Below, piece by piece: positions 53,642 through 63,286 of a stretch of 64,000 nt of DNA (its first letter is position 1; each line of letters begins with the position of its first letter). This DNA comes from a bacterium (GTDB lineage Bacteria; UBA10199; 2-02-FULL-50-16; JAJFLM01). Where the stretch lies: assembly GCA_965216315.1 (NCBI GenBank), contig CBDCFN010000016.1:512001-576000 (forward strand). The letters are read 5' to 3'. A program made the translations under genes and the position numbers. The notes beneath the pieces were generated by a model that worked only from the letters and a program-made list of their open reading frames with translations, was not told the origin of the DNA and searched no databases.

Positions 53642-54649
53642 CTATTTGCCTAAGAACATTTTAAAGGGGTTGCCGGTGAAGATCAGCCCCACGACGATCC
53701 AGCAAAAGGCGCGGACGCGTCGCAAGAGGACGATGGCAATTCCGGCGACCGCGCCAAGCGGGCCAAACGTAATGGCGAGCATGCCGGCAAAAGCCATCTC
53801 CATGACACCAAAGGCGCCGGGAAGAAAGCAAAACAAAGCGCTGACTAGTGGGGCCAGGGCCGCTAAGAGAAGCGCCCAAGAGAGGGTGAGATCCGGAATC
53901 AGAGCTGAACCGAGCAGGTAAACCTCAGCGACCATAAGGCCTTGGCAGATTAAATGAAGGATAAGGCATTGATAGAAGGTCCCACGTCTCTGGTTGTAAA
54001 AATTGAGGAGCAGACGGTCGTATTCATCTAAGGTGCCGCGTACCGCCGGGCTCTTGCAGCTGCAGGGCAGTCCGCAGGTTGGGATTTTGTCGACCAGCGC
54101 GCTAAAAAAGCCGCTTTTTGCTGTGCGGATCGCGACGACGCAAAAAATACCGATGACAGCCAGCAGAGCGGGAACGACAATGCGAACGACTTGAGGCAGG
54201 CTCGGGGTGTTGAGAAAGGCCACCATCAATCCGACCCAGACGAAGATCCCCAATGCCAGCATGTGGACGGTACGGTCAGTGATGATCGATTCGGCTCCGG
54301 ACTTAGCTTCGTATTTTTTGAGCAGTTGGTGGCCTTGGACCGCGTCGCCGCCGACCAAGGAGAAGGGACTCAGATTGCGTAAGGAGTTGCCGCTGGCCTC
54401 AAGGATGAACAAACTCCAAAAAGAGGCCTTGCTGGGTCCGAGTGCAAATTGCCATGCGAGGCCTTGCAGGAACGCATAAAAAAACGAGATAAGCAGGACC
54501 ATTGGGAAGACGGCGACGCCGTCCAAGCTGTATTCGGCCACCAAGCCGGCGTCTTGGCTGTAAATAAACCATACCAAGAGAAGAACGCTCAGCAAAAAGA
54601 ACGCGAGTGATTTCCAGGGCAACAGCTTTGAGATATTCAGTCCTTGCAT
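53642..54649 (-). CDS. Lysylphosphatidylglycerol-synthase-TM (UPF0104, flippase-like) membrane protein
   Basis: P..GGD, DR, PGAFGVME, RR..W pattern in ~8 TM protein; AAGGAG RBS. Confidence 0.7.
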   Translation of the reverse strand: MQGLNISKLLPWKSLAFFLLSVLLLVWFIYSQDAGLVAEYSLDGVAVFPMVLLISFFYAFLQGLAWQFALGPSKASFWSLFILEASGNSLRNLSPFSLVGGDAVQGHQLLKKYEAKSGAESIITDRTVHMLALGIFVWVGLMVAFLNTPSLPQVVRIVVPALLAVIGIFCVVAIRTAKSGFFSALVDKIPTCGLPCSCKSPAVRGTLDEYDRLLLNFYNQRRGTFYQCLILHLICQGLMVAEVYLLGSALIPDLTLSWALLLAALAPLVSALFCFLPGAFGVMEMAFAGMLAITFGPLGAVAGIAIVLLRRVRAFCWIVVGLIFTGNPFKMFLGK

Positions 54650-54719
54650 AGGGTCTCCTTAGATTGCGTCAAAAGGTCGCAGGAGTTCTTACAAGAAACT
54701 TAGAGAATTGCAATGAAAT

Positions 54720-55793
54720 CTAAAACACTTCGTCGATGGCGTCTGAGACCAGCTGCCAGGCCGTGCTGTCGGTGCGTAGCGAGCTCGCCTGTTCCAGGTG
54801 AATAAAGCGACCATTAAATCCGGGGGCTGCATCGGTGCATTCATCGGAGCTGCCATTGGTATAGCGTCCCTGGACATTGGTTGTGCCGCAGAGGCTGTCC
54901 GGATCCCCCATCTTGTTACAGCTAACAGCAAAGTCCGGGTCACTGAGGCTATCATCGATAGCCGTCGCCAACTGATTGACGAAGGCGAAGGCGCCGACAT
55001 CTGTTGTGCTTCCATTAGATACGATGGCGCGGGGATCGGATGCATCCGCGCTGAAGCCGTGAAGAGAAATGAATTTTACAAAGTCGACGGTATCATTGGC
55101 CGCTTTATGCGCTTCGTGGAAGAAATTGTCAGTCGCATGGGCGACATCCGAGATGCGGTAGGGACCTTCGGTTCCACAGGCATCGGTTGTTCCCGAGCAG
55201 CTCGATTCAGCGGAATTGGCGCAGCGATGCGTGCCTGCGATAAACAGGGCTTTCGCACGCATATTTTTAAAAATCAGGAGTCCCTCATCCAGGGTGTTTT
55301 CGTCGAAGAGGGGATGGGGCACTTCAATGACAAGTTGTGAGTCGGTCGTTTCATTGATGAGAAACGTGCCTCCCCCATTGCCGCTCTTATCCGTGAGCGC
55401 GATGATTGTATCCCCGTTTTCACTAAAATTTTGTTGTTCGTAATTAAGAGCATCAAGGGTAGCCGTGCTGACGGCGGTTGCCCCGAGTACATCACGGACC
55501 AGCTGATTAAAGTTGGTTAAGTCATCACCGGAGGGTGCTGAAAAGGCATCGCTATCCGCACCGGGAATGGTCAGTCCCGAAATAAGCGCGTCGATGCTGT
55601 CGACCGTGCTGCCGCCACCCGAATCACCGGATCCACTCGAACCACCATTGTCAGAACCGGAAGCGCTGGGATCCCCTGGGCTCGACACTTCACTATCTCC
55701 CACAAAAGTGGGGCCATCCTGGCTGCTGGTGCAGGCCGAAAAGGCGCCTAGTATAACGATGGCTGAAACAATGCTGAAAAACTTAATAATCAC
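54720..55793 (-). CDS. Lipoprotein with putative Zn-hydrolase-like domain (GTG start)
   Basis: Lipobox FSAC, Ser/Gly linker, EVPHP, SDVAH, SLHGF, HLEQ, paired Cys; GGAGG RBS. Confidence 0.65.
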   Translation of the reverse strand: MIIKFFSIVSAIVILGAFSACTSSQDGPTFVGDSEVSSPGDPSASGSDNGGSSGSGDSGGGSTVDSIDALISGLTIPGADSDAFSAPSGDDLTNFNQLVRDVLGATAVSTATLDALNYEQQNFSENGDTIIALTDKSGNGGGTFLINETTDSQLVIEVPHPLFDENTLDEGLLIFKNMRAKALFIAGTHRCANSAESSCSGTTDACGTEGPYRISDVAHATDNFFHEAHKAANDTVDFVKFISLHGFSADASDPRAIVSNGSTTDVGAFAFVNQLATAIDDSLSDPDFAVSCNKMGDPDSLCGTTNVQGRYTNGSSDECTDAAPGFNGRFIHLEQASSLRTDSTAWQLVSDAIDEVF

Positions 55794-55835
55794 GGTAGGT
55801 TTCCCTCCCTCGTTGGTCTTCTACCATTACGAAAT

Positions 55836-55861
55836 TATCGGTCAATTTTTGAAAAAGTTGC
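55836..55861 (-). promoter_or_regulatory. GCAAC-N16-CGATAA alternative-sigma promoter candidate
   Basis: Minus strand GCAACtttttcaaaaattgacCGATAAT. Confidence 0.6.
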
Positions 55862-56003
55862 TGTCTCATTTCTTAAAAATAATCCAATGAAATCAATAGG
55901 TTTAGGATATTCTCGTTGCATTTGGAGGGTGATATGCGTAATAGTAATAGACCTGCTGTTAACGGGGGTTTCCGGGTTTTTCGAGGGATTTATAGGTGCA
56001 ACG

Positions 56004-56378
56004 ATGGATGTTTCTACCGTCAAGAGGGTGCTGATTATCGATGATGATCCGGCCTTGCTAGATGTCCTCAGCCGGCGTGTTCAAAAGAACGCTTATTCCT
56101 GTGAAACGGCACAATCTGCCTCGGAAGGCCTTGAAAAGGCGATGCAAACGCCGCCCGATCTTATTCTCCTCGACCTGATGATGCCAAGGATGAGTGGTTT
56201 TGGTTTTCTGCGCGAACTCAAGCGCCACAAAGAGCTGGCCCATATCCCCGTCGTCGTCCTGACCGGTCTCGGCGATGATGAGGTCGCCAAAGAATCGATG
56301 GACTTAGGCGCTGTGGGGTATCTGACCAAGGACTGTGATCATGGCGAACTCATGCACCTCGTTCAACAACATGCGTGA
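56004..56378 (+). CDS. Single-domain response regulator (receiver only)
   Basis: VLIIDDD, LLDLMMPRMSG, LT, YLTK; start corrected to ATG 56004. Confidence 0.9.
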   Translation: MDVSTVKRVLIIDDDPALLDVLSRRVQKNAYSCETAQSASEGLEKAMQTPPDLILLDLMMPRMSGFGFLRELKRHKELAHIPVVVLTGLGDDEVAKESMDLGAVGYLTKDCDHGELMHLVQQHA

Positions 56379-56415
56379 AGAACGACAGCCTTGGATCTGA
56401 GCTATTCTTGGAGGT

Positions 56416-57381
56416 CTATTGTGCTTGAGGTAACGGCATTTCGGTGAGGCCGAGTTTCTTGAACAATGCCTGATCGGCATCGACTTCCGGATTTGGCGTG
56501 GTGAGGAGTTTTTCACCGGCAAAAATGGAATTGGCGCCGGCCATAAAGGCCAAGGCCTGGGCCTCATCGGACATGGTGCTGCGTCCGGCACTCAAGCGGA
56601 CCATAGATTGAGGCATAATAATCCGTGCCGTCGCGATGCAGCGGACGAGTTCAATCACGTTCATTTCTATCTCGTCGGCAAGGGGCGTGCCTTCGACGCG
56701 GACCAGGCGATTGATCGGGACACTGTTGGGGTGTGGGTCTTGAGTCGCGAGCTCTTGCAGGAGGCCGATGCGATCCGCCCGATCTTCCCCCAAGCCGATA
56801 ATGCCGCCGCAACAGACTTGGAGACCCGCATTGCGGACGTTGTCGAGGGTGGTCAGGCGATCTTCATAGCATCGTGTAGTAATAACTTCTTGGTAAAATT
56901 CCGGGGAGGTATCGAGGTTGTGATTATAGGCCGTGAGTCCTGCCTCTTTAAGTCGTGTGGCCTGCGCAGGGGTTAGCATGCCCAGGGTGCAGCAAACTTC
57001 CATCTCAAGGGCAGCGACTCCGCGCACCATTTCGAGGATCTGATCGAAATCCGGTCCGTCTCTGACTTCGCGCCACGCGGCCCCCATGCAAAAGCGGGTT
57101 GAGCCTGAATCCTTCGCCGCGCGGGCCTTATCCAAGACTTCGTCGAGACCCAGCAGGGGTTCCCGTTCCAGGCCGGTTTGATAGCGCGATGATTGCGGGC
57201 AGTAAGAGCAGTCTTCCGAACAGCCTCCGGTTTTGATCGACAGGAGGGTCGATTTCTGGACTTCACCGCTGACGAAAAATTCACGATGCCGGGTCTGGGC
57301 CTCGTAGAGGAGGTCCAGGAGGGGCCGTGTGTAGATGGCTTCAATTTCTTCTCGAGTCCAGTCGTAGCGCAGTGTTTCCAT
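56416..57381 (-). CDS. bioB: Biotin synthase
   Basis: [36 protein letters not shown]. Confidence 0.97.
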   Translation of the reverse strand: METLRYDWTREEIEAIYTRPLLDLLYEAQTRHREFFVSGEVQKSTLLSIKTGGCSEDCSYCPQSSRYQTGLEREPLLGLDEVLDKARAAKDSGSTRFCMGAAWREVRDGPDFDQILEMVRGVAALEMEVCCTLGMLTPAQATRLKEAGLTAYNHNLDTSPEFYQEVITTRCYEDRLTTLDNVRNAGLQVCCGGIIGLGEDRADRIGLLQELATQDPHPNSVPINRLVRVEGTPLADEIEMNVIELVRCIATARIIMPQSMVRLSAGRSTMSDEAQALAFMAGANSIFAGEKLLTTPNPEVDADQALFKKLGLTEMPLPQAQ

Positions 57382-57402
57382 AAGCTCCCTAGATTATTCA
57401 AA

Positions 57403-57428
57403 CATCGGCAGCTAAGTCCAGGAGTTGC
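57403..57428 (-). promoter_or_regulatory. GCAAC-N16-CGATG promoter candidate upstream of bioB
   Basis: Minus strand GCAACtcctggacttagctgcCGATG. Confidence 0.5.
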
Positions 57429-57538
57429 TTGCTAATTTTGAGGAGGTCGCATCACTTCAAGGAATTGCCAGAACCCCCTTGATTGAACGGGGATAAATCA
57501 GTAGAAACAGGCCCGGGGGCAGGGAATCCACGAAGATT

Positions 57539-58432
57539 ATGGAAGCGCAAAGCAATACACAGGTTCGGTCATTTTCACTCGGTCTGACGCCGGTCGACAA
57601 ATTCTTTTTGGCCTACAACGTCCTGGTTTTGGCCCTCGTCGGTGTTTTTGGAAGCGAACGTCCTGATTTTACGTCGCTCATCGTTTGGCATGTGACTCTT
57701 ACGGGACTCACGTTTTTGCTCGCCATCTATGAGATGCGGCAGGGGGGTAGGATCGCCGCGTTTCTACGCTTCGCCTATCCCGCGGTTTTGTTGCCCTTTG
57801 TTCACTACGAGTCGGGGCTCTTAAGTCCGCTGGTAACCGACGGCTACTTTGATGCATGGTTTGTTTCTATTGATCGTTTTTTGTTTGGGCGCGATCTTTA
57901 CGCTTGGTTGGCTCCCAATGTTGGTGGCCTCGTCATGAATGAAATCATGAATGCTGCCTATTTTGCTTTTTATTTGCTGATACTGGGCACGCTATTGGGG
58001 ACTTATTTTTGGCGTCGGCATTGGACGGGCGAACTGATTTTTGTGCTGACCTTATGTCTCTATGCGCATTATTTCTTTTTCATTGTTTTTCCCGTCGTCG
58101 GTCCGACAGATTTGCGCCCTGCCCTTTTTGCGGCCCAGGAAGGCTGGATCACACCGTTTGTTTATAACGTCGTGGCCAGCGGCGATACGGCCGGGGGAGC
58201 CTTTCCTTCCAGCCATTGCGCCGGCGCCGTACTGCTCAATTGTTATGCCGGGCGCATCTTTGGAAAGAAGATAGGCTGGCTGCTAGCGCCGCTATCGGTG
58301 TTGATTGTTCTCTCCAGCATCTATCTCTCGATGCATTACGTGATCGATAGTATTGCCGGGATTATTGTTGGTGCTTTTTTCTTTTGGTATGGTCCGCGGG
58401 TTTACCGAATGTTGAGAAAAGAAGAGACTTAA
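57539..58432 (+). CDS. Aur1/IPC-synthase-like PAP2 membrane protein
   Basis: Multi-TM; FP..GP, GGAFPSSH, YLSMHYVID (His/His/Asp triad). Confidence 0.8.
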   Translation: MEAQSNTQVRSFSLGLTPVDKFFLAYNVLVLALVGVFGSERPDFTSLIVWHVTLTGLTFLLAIYEMRQGGRIAAFLRFAYPAVLLPFVHYESGLLSPLVTDGYFDAWFVSIDRFLFGRDLYAWLAPNVGGLVMNEIMNAAYFAFYLLILGTLLGTYFWRRHWTGELIFVLTLCLYAHYFFFIVFPVVGPTDLRPALFAAQEGWITPFVYNVVASGDTAGGAFPSSHCAGAVLLNCYAGRIFGKKIGWLLAPLSVLIVLSSIYLSMHYVIDSIAGIIVGAFFFWYGPRVYRMLRKEET

Positions 58433-58433
58433 T

Positions 58434-59672
58434 ATGGACTTACTCAACGAAATCGCCAGTTGGACGACGCAATTTGAGGCCGGCGGCCATGATGTGCTCG
58501 CGAAGGCCGAGCAATGGCAACTCTATGATCAGGTGTCCGGCACCGGACTCTATCCTTATTTTCAGCCACTTGATGAAAACCAAGGTCCGGTAGCGCGCTA
58601 CGATGGCCGCGAGGTCCTGATGTTGGGATCGAATAATTACATTGGACTGACGACGCATCCCAAGGTGCGGGAAGCGGCGGTTGAGGCCGTGCGCAAATAC
58701 GGGACCGGCATGACGGGATCACGTTTTCTCAATGGGAGTATGCGCCTTCATGAAGAACTGGAAGGAAAACTCGCCTCGTTTTTAGAAAAAGAGGCGGCCT
58801 TGGTTTTTACGACGGGCTATCAAGCCAATCTGGGTATGTTGACCGCGCTGATTAACAAACACTCGGTGGCGGTTGTCGACCGCTTTGCCCATGCGAGCAT
58901 TCATGATGGCTGTCGTCTGATGGAAGGGGAGAATCTCAAATTTGAGCATAATGACGTGAACGACCTGGCACAGGTGTTGGCATCGATCCCGAAAGATAAA
59001 GGGCCGCTGGTCTGTGTCGATGGTGTTTATAGCATGGAAGGGGATTTGGCTCCGCTGCCCGAATATTTGAAACTCGTGAAACAATACAAGGTGCGCTTTG
59101 CAGTTGACGATGCGCATGGCCTCGGCGTGATGGGGCCCGGCGGACGAGGGACCTGCCACCATTTCGGCGTCCAAGATGAAGTCGATCTCATTGTCGGGAC
59201 GTTTAGCAAGAGTCTGGCAAGCACCGGTGGTTTTGTAGCGGGCACTAAAAAGGCCGTCGATTTCATCAAGCACTTTGGCCGTCCGATGATCTTCTCAGCC
59301 TCGCTGACTCCGGCGTGTACGGCTGCCGCCGATGCAGCCCTGGAAATTTTAATGCAAGAGCCAGAACGTGCGGAACAGGTGCGCGCCAATACGATGGCAA
59401 TGAAAAAGGGGCTCGACGAAATCGGTTATCAGACCGGCGAGGCCGCTGCGGCGATTGTTCCTGTCGTCATAGGGAACAGCATGATGACTTTTATGATCTG
59501 GAAAGAACTCTTGGATGAAGGGGTGTACACGAATCCCGTTCTGTATCCGGCGGTGGCGAAGGGGCAGGAAATGTTGCGCACCAGTTACCTGTCGACTCAT
59601 ACGGAAGAACACTTAAGTCGCGCTCTCGATATTTTTAAGCGGGTCGGCCGTAATTATGACATCTGCCCGTAA
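58434..59672 (+). CDS. spt: Alpha-oxoamine synthase, probably serine palmitoyltransferase
   Basis: GLYPYF, LMLGSNNYIGL, GSRFLNG, HASI, DDAH, GTFSKS, IFSAS; coupled to downstream GNAT. Confidence 0.75.
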   Translation: MDLLNEIASWTTQFEAGGHDVLAKAEQWQLYDQVSGTGLYPYFQPLDENQGPVARYDGREVLMLGSNNYIGLTTHPKVREAAVEAVRKYGTGMTGSRFLNGSMRLHEELEGKLASFLEKEAALVFTTGYQANLGMLTALINKHSVAVVDRFAHASIHDGCRLMEGENLKFEHNDVNDLAQVLASIPKDKGPLVCVDGVYSMEGDLAPLPEYLKLVKQYKVRFAVDDAHGLGVMGPGGRGTCHHFGVQDEVDLIVGTFSKSLASTGGFVAGTKKAVDFIKHFGRPMIFSASLTPACTAAADAALEILMQEPERAEQVRANTMAMKKGLDEIGYQTGEAAAAIVPVVIGNSMMTFMIWKELLDEGVYTNPVLYPAVAKGQEMLRTSYLSTHTEEHLSRALDIFKRVGRNYDICP

Positions 59673-60801
59673 TGGAATCGAAATCCGCCCGGTAAAATCG
59701 CGCCGGGATCTCAAGGATTTTATTCAGCTACCATGGCGCATCTATCGGGACGATCCCGCCTGGATCCCACCTTTGCTGGCTGAGGAAAAGAAGCGACTGA
59801 ACCGGAATAAGAATCCCTTTTTTGAACATGCCGAAGCCGAATATTTTTTAGCTTTCCATAACGGTGAACTCGTCGGGCGGATTACGGCGCAAATCGATCG
59901 GCTTCACAATAAGACCCACAATGAAAAGACGGGATTCTTCGGTTTTTTTGAAACTGTCGATGAGCCAGCCGTGGCACACGCTTTGCTCGACCAGGCGGCG
60001 ACTTGGTTGCAGGCGCGTGGCATGGAATGCATGAGAGGGCCGTTCAACTTTTCGATCAATGAAGAGTCCGGAATTCTGATTAAAGGGCATGAGCATGCTC
60101 CCTTTGTGCTGACGACGCATAGTCCGGATTACTATGCTGCATTGCTGGAGACAGCCGGTTTGAACAAAGTGAAAGATCTCTACTGTTGGCGCTATGATTC
60201 AACGCGGCCTGTTCCGGAGATGGCGCAAGAAATAGCTGATGAAGTCCGAAAATATCCGGGGCTCACGCTGCGCGAAATCGATCCTAAGCGCATCTATGAT
60301 GACGTCAATATTTTGATCGATGTCTTCAATTCGGCCTGGCAACAAAATTGGGGCTTTGTGCCGTTAACAACCAATGAAATTAAAAAGGCAGCCGAGGATT
60401 TCAAGATGATCCTTGAACCGAAATTGGCGTTGATCGCGGAAGTTAATGGTGTGCCGGCGGCTATCTCGCTGGCCATTCCAAATCTCAATGAAATCATTCG
60501 TGATCTGAATGGTCGGCTCTTTCCGACAGGGTTTCTCAAGTTACTGTATCGACTCAAGCGAAAAAAATGCCGTTCCGCAAGGCTAATGTTGCTTGGGATT
60601 AAAAAAGAGTTTCGTGGCGATGTCTTGAATGGCCTCGTTGTTTTGCTTTACTCGGAAATGCATCGTCGTTCCCAGGAGTTAAAGCATTGGGGCGGAGAGC
60701 TCTCCTGGACTCTAGAAGATAATCAAAAGATCAACGTGGGAATTCAGATGATGGGCGGGGAGAACTACAAGACCTATCGGGTGTTTGAGCGGGCGATTTA
60801 A
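59656..60801 (+). CDS. Double-GNAT acyltransferase, bacterial ceramide synthase-like
   Basis: FIQLPWRIY.DDPAWIPPL, GRITAQID, GFFGFFE, GPFNFSINEE, NWGFVP, ELSWTLEDN, KTYRVF. Confidence 0.75.
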   Translation: MTSARNGIEIRPVKSRRDLKDFIQLPWRIYRDDPAWIPPLLAEEKKRLNRNKNPFFEHAEAEYFLAFHNGELVGRITAQIDRLHNKTHNEKTGFFGFFETVDEPAVAHALLDQAATWLQARGMECMRGPFNFSINEESGILIKGHEHAPFVLTTHSPDYYAALLETAGLNKVKDLYCWRYDSTRPVPEMAQEIADEVRKYPGLTLREIDPKRIYDDVNILIDVFNSAWQQNWGFVPLTTNEIKKAAEDFKMILEPKLALIAEVNGVPAAISLAIPNLNEIIRDLNGRLFPTGFLKLLYRLKRKKCRSARLMLLGIKKEFRGDVLNGLVVLLYSEMHRRSQELKHWGGELSWTLEDNQKINVGIQMMGGENYKTYRVFERAI

Positions 60802-60950
60802 TGTCTAACGGGGGTTGACCCGAGCCGCCTACACGTGTTTTAAAGCTACGCAAGAATTATCACCTATCATTCAGAAGTGTCCTTTTCTCAGTATCCGCAA
60901 GATTTGCAAAAAGAGCCACCGCTGGAATTGAGCAAGGAAAAGGAAGCTTC

Positions 60951-62444
60951 ATGTCATCGTCAAAAAAACAACAGGTCCTGTTTTCGGATCTTGGTTTAAA
61001 TCCAAAATTAATCAAGTCGCTTGAGGAGATTGGCTATGAAGCGCCTACGCCGATTCAAGCGCAAACGATTCCACATCTATTAGAGGGCAAAGACATTGTT
61101 GGGCAGGCACAGACAGGAACGGGGAAAACGGCTGCTTTCGCCCTTCCTCTTTTGTCACGACTTAACCTGAAAAAGACTGGTCCGTTAGTTCTTGTATTAA
61201 CTCCAACTCGAGAGCTTGGGATTCAAGTGGCCGAGGCGTTTCAACGTTATGCCGCTCCACTAAAAGATTTTCATGTGCTGCCAGTGTATGGCGGTGCGAA
61301 TATGAGCGTTCAGATGAAGCAGCTCAAGCGTGGAGTACATGTTGTCGTGGGTACGCCAGGTCGCCTGATGGACCATATGAGACGAGGGACACTTAAACTC
61401 GACAAGTTGGACGCGCTTGTTTTGGATGAAGCGGATGAAATGCTTCGCATGGGTTTCATCGATGATGTGGATTGGATTTTGTCACACACCCCAGCGACGA
61501 GGCAGATCGCTTTGTTTTCAGCAACCATGCCCAAGCCTATTCGGCAAATTGCCAAGAAGTATCTTCAAGCCCCTAAGGAAATTACCATCAAGCTCAAAAC
61601 AACGACGGCTGAAACGATTAATCAACGTTTTTGCTTCGTCTCAGGGATGAAAAAGCTCGATATTTTGACACGTATTTTAGAGACAGAAGGCTTTGATGGC
61701 GTTTTGGTTTTTGTGCGGACTAAAAATTCGACCAAGCACTTAGCAAGTAAGCTGGCGGCGCGAGGTTATGCCTGCTCGGCTTTAAACGGTGATATTGCGC
61801 AGAAAGCTCGAGAGAAGACGGTAGAAAAATTTAAAAATGGCAGGCTGGATATCGTAGTGGCCACCGATGTTGCTGCCCGTGGGCTCGACGTGAAACGGAT
61901 TAGTCATGTGATCAATTTTGATATCCCGTATGACACCGAATCGTATGTTCACCGCATCGGCCGAACGGGTCGAGCGGGTCGCGAAGGGGAGGCCATTTTA
62001 TTTGTCGCTCCTCGTGAAAGGAATTTGTTGACTGCGATTGAGAGAGCGACGAAACAGAAAATTACTCCAATGAAATTGCCGAGCAAAGAGGCCGCATCTC
62101 AAAAGAGACGGGAGCAATTTAAGGAGCAAGTTCAAGTAATTCTTGATCAAGGGAATCTTCAGTCTCAGTTTCGTATCCTGGAGCAATATCAGCAAGAGTG
62201 GGGAATGACCCTTAAAGAGCTTGCAGCAGTATTATTGAAACTGCTCGAAAATAAAAATCCAGTTTTTAAAGAGAGAGGAAAGGCTGGGCCCGCAGAAGAA
62301 CGTAAACCGCGACGACCTAAGTACGGTGCTAAAAATAAAAAAATACCCAAGCAGAAAAAGAAATCATCTACTCGAAATAAAAAGACATCGGTTAATAAGA
62401 AGAGGCGGGGAAAAAGAGGAAGAATGAAAAGAATCACTGACTGA
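60951..62444 (+). CDS. deaD: DEAD-box RNA helicase (DeaD/CsdA-like) with basic tail
   Basis: PTPIQ, AQTGTGKT, PTREL, DEAD, SAT, HRIGRTGRAG. Confidence 0.9.
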   Translation: MSSSKKQQVLFSDLGLNPKLIKSLEEIGYEAPTPIQAQTIPHLLEGKDIVGQAQTGTGKTAAFALPLLSRLNLKKTGPLVLVLTPTRELGIQVAEAFQRYAAPLKDFHVLPVYGGANMSVQMKQLKRGVHVVVGTPGRLMDHMRRGTLKLDKLDALVLDEADEMLRMGFIDDVDWILSHTPATRQIALFSATMPKPIRQIAKKYLQAPKEITIKLKTTTAETINQRFCFVSGMKKLDILTRILETEGFDGVLVFVRTKNSTKHLASKLAARGYACSALNGDIAQKAREKTVEKFKNGRLDIVVATDVAARGLDVKRISHVINFDIPYDTESYVHRIGRTGRAGREGEAILFVAPRERNLLTAIERATKQKITPMKLPSKEAASQKRREQFKEQVQVILDQGNLQSQFRILEQYQQEWGMTLKELAAVLLKLLENKNPVFKERGKAGPAEERKPRRPKYGAKNKKIPKQKKKSSTRNKKTSVNKKRRGKRGRMKRITD

Positions 62445-62464
62445 CAACTTCGCTGCAATCACAT

Positions 62465-63283
62465 CTATCTGGTGCCTGAAGCGGCTCCATATTGCGAATC
62501 TTGTTTTAGAAGTTCTGCAAAGGGCGTTAAGTAAATTCCCTTAAGAGTTTGCCATTTCTCATCTGAGAGCTCTTTGATTCCGTATGTTATAAATTGATCT
62601 TCTGGTTTGATATAGGTTTTGAAAATCCGATCCCAGAACGAAAAGCCAGCACTGTAGTTACTATCATGTTCGCTTCTATCGACAGAATGGTGAATGCGGT
62701 GCATACGAGGTGTGACAAGTAGCCACCGCAATAATTGATCTTGCTTTTCACTTATTGAAATATTGCTGTGATGAAATGGAGTGATGACATGGATGAAGAT
62801 GAAATAAGCGATAGCATGGGTACCTCCGATACCAATAAAACCGAATGCAAGGGTTTTAATGAAAGTGGCGATTAACGCTTCAGCCGGATGAAAGCGAAAG
62901 GCTGTAGAGCCATCGACGAGCTGGTCGCTATGATGGGCGCGATGTAGTTTCCAGAGGAGAGGGAGCTTGTGATGTATTATGTGTAACCCGTAAACGACGA
63001 GATCCATAAGAAGAATGGTGAGAATGAATTCCAACCATTCTGGCCATTCGACCCAGTAACGCATTCCTAAATTGCTGTGCCGTTGTACCCAATAGGCAAC
63101 CCCTAGTGATCCTGCGAGTTCTAAGCTGGTGATTCCTTGGTTAATTACTTTAACGAAGAGATTTCGACTGATATGTCGAATGGCAGATTCACTCCGTTTG
63201 CGGAAAGGATAAAGGGCCTCCAGTCCTGCTAATAGGCAGACGTATGCAAGACTGGAGGCAACAATGAAGTTAAACGTTGTCAA
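62465..63283 (-). CDS. Sterol desaturase/fatty-acid hydroxylase superfamily protein (TTG start)
   Basis: His boxes HIIHH, HRAHH, FHHSN, HRIHH. Confidence 0.9.
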   Translation of the reverse strand: MTTFNFIVASSLAYVCLLAGLEALYPFRKRSESAIRHISRNLFVKVINQGITSLELAGSLGVAYWVQRHSNLGMRYWVEWPEWLEFILTILLMDLVVYGLHIIHHKLPLLWKLHRAHHSDQLVDGSTAFRFHPAEALIATFIKTLAFGFIGIGGTHAIAYFIFIHVITPFHHSNISISEKQDQLLRWLLVTPRMHRIHHSVDRSEHDSNYSAGFSFWDRIFKTYIKPEDQFITYGIKELSDEKWQTLKGIYLTPFAELLKQDSQYGAASGTR

Positions 63284-63286
63284 GCT

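Noticed and set aside
55887..56003. Hydrophobic N-terminal extension on the response regulator
   Set aside because: Spans the divergent promoter region; ATG 56004 gives a normal receiver domain
58434..59672. Calling this gene bioF because bioB is adjacent
   Set aside because: It is transcribed away from bioB, coupled to PAP2 and bCerS-like genes, and has Spt-like motifs; BioF activity is not formally excluded
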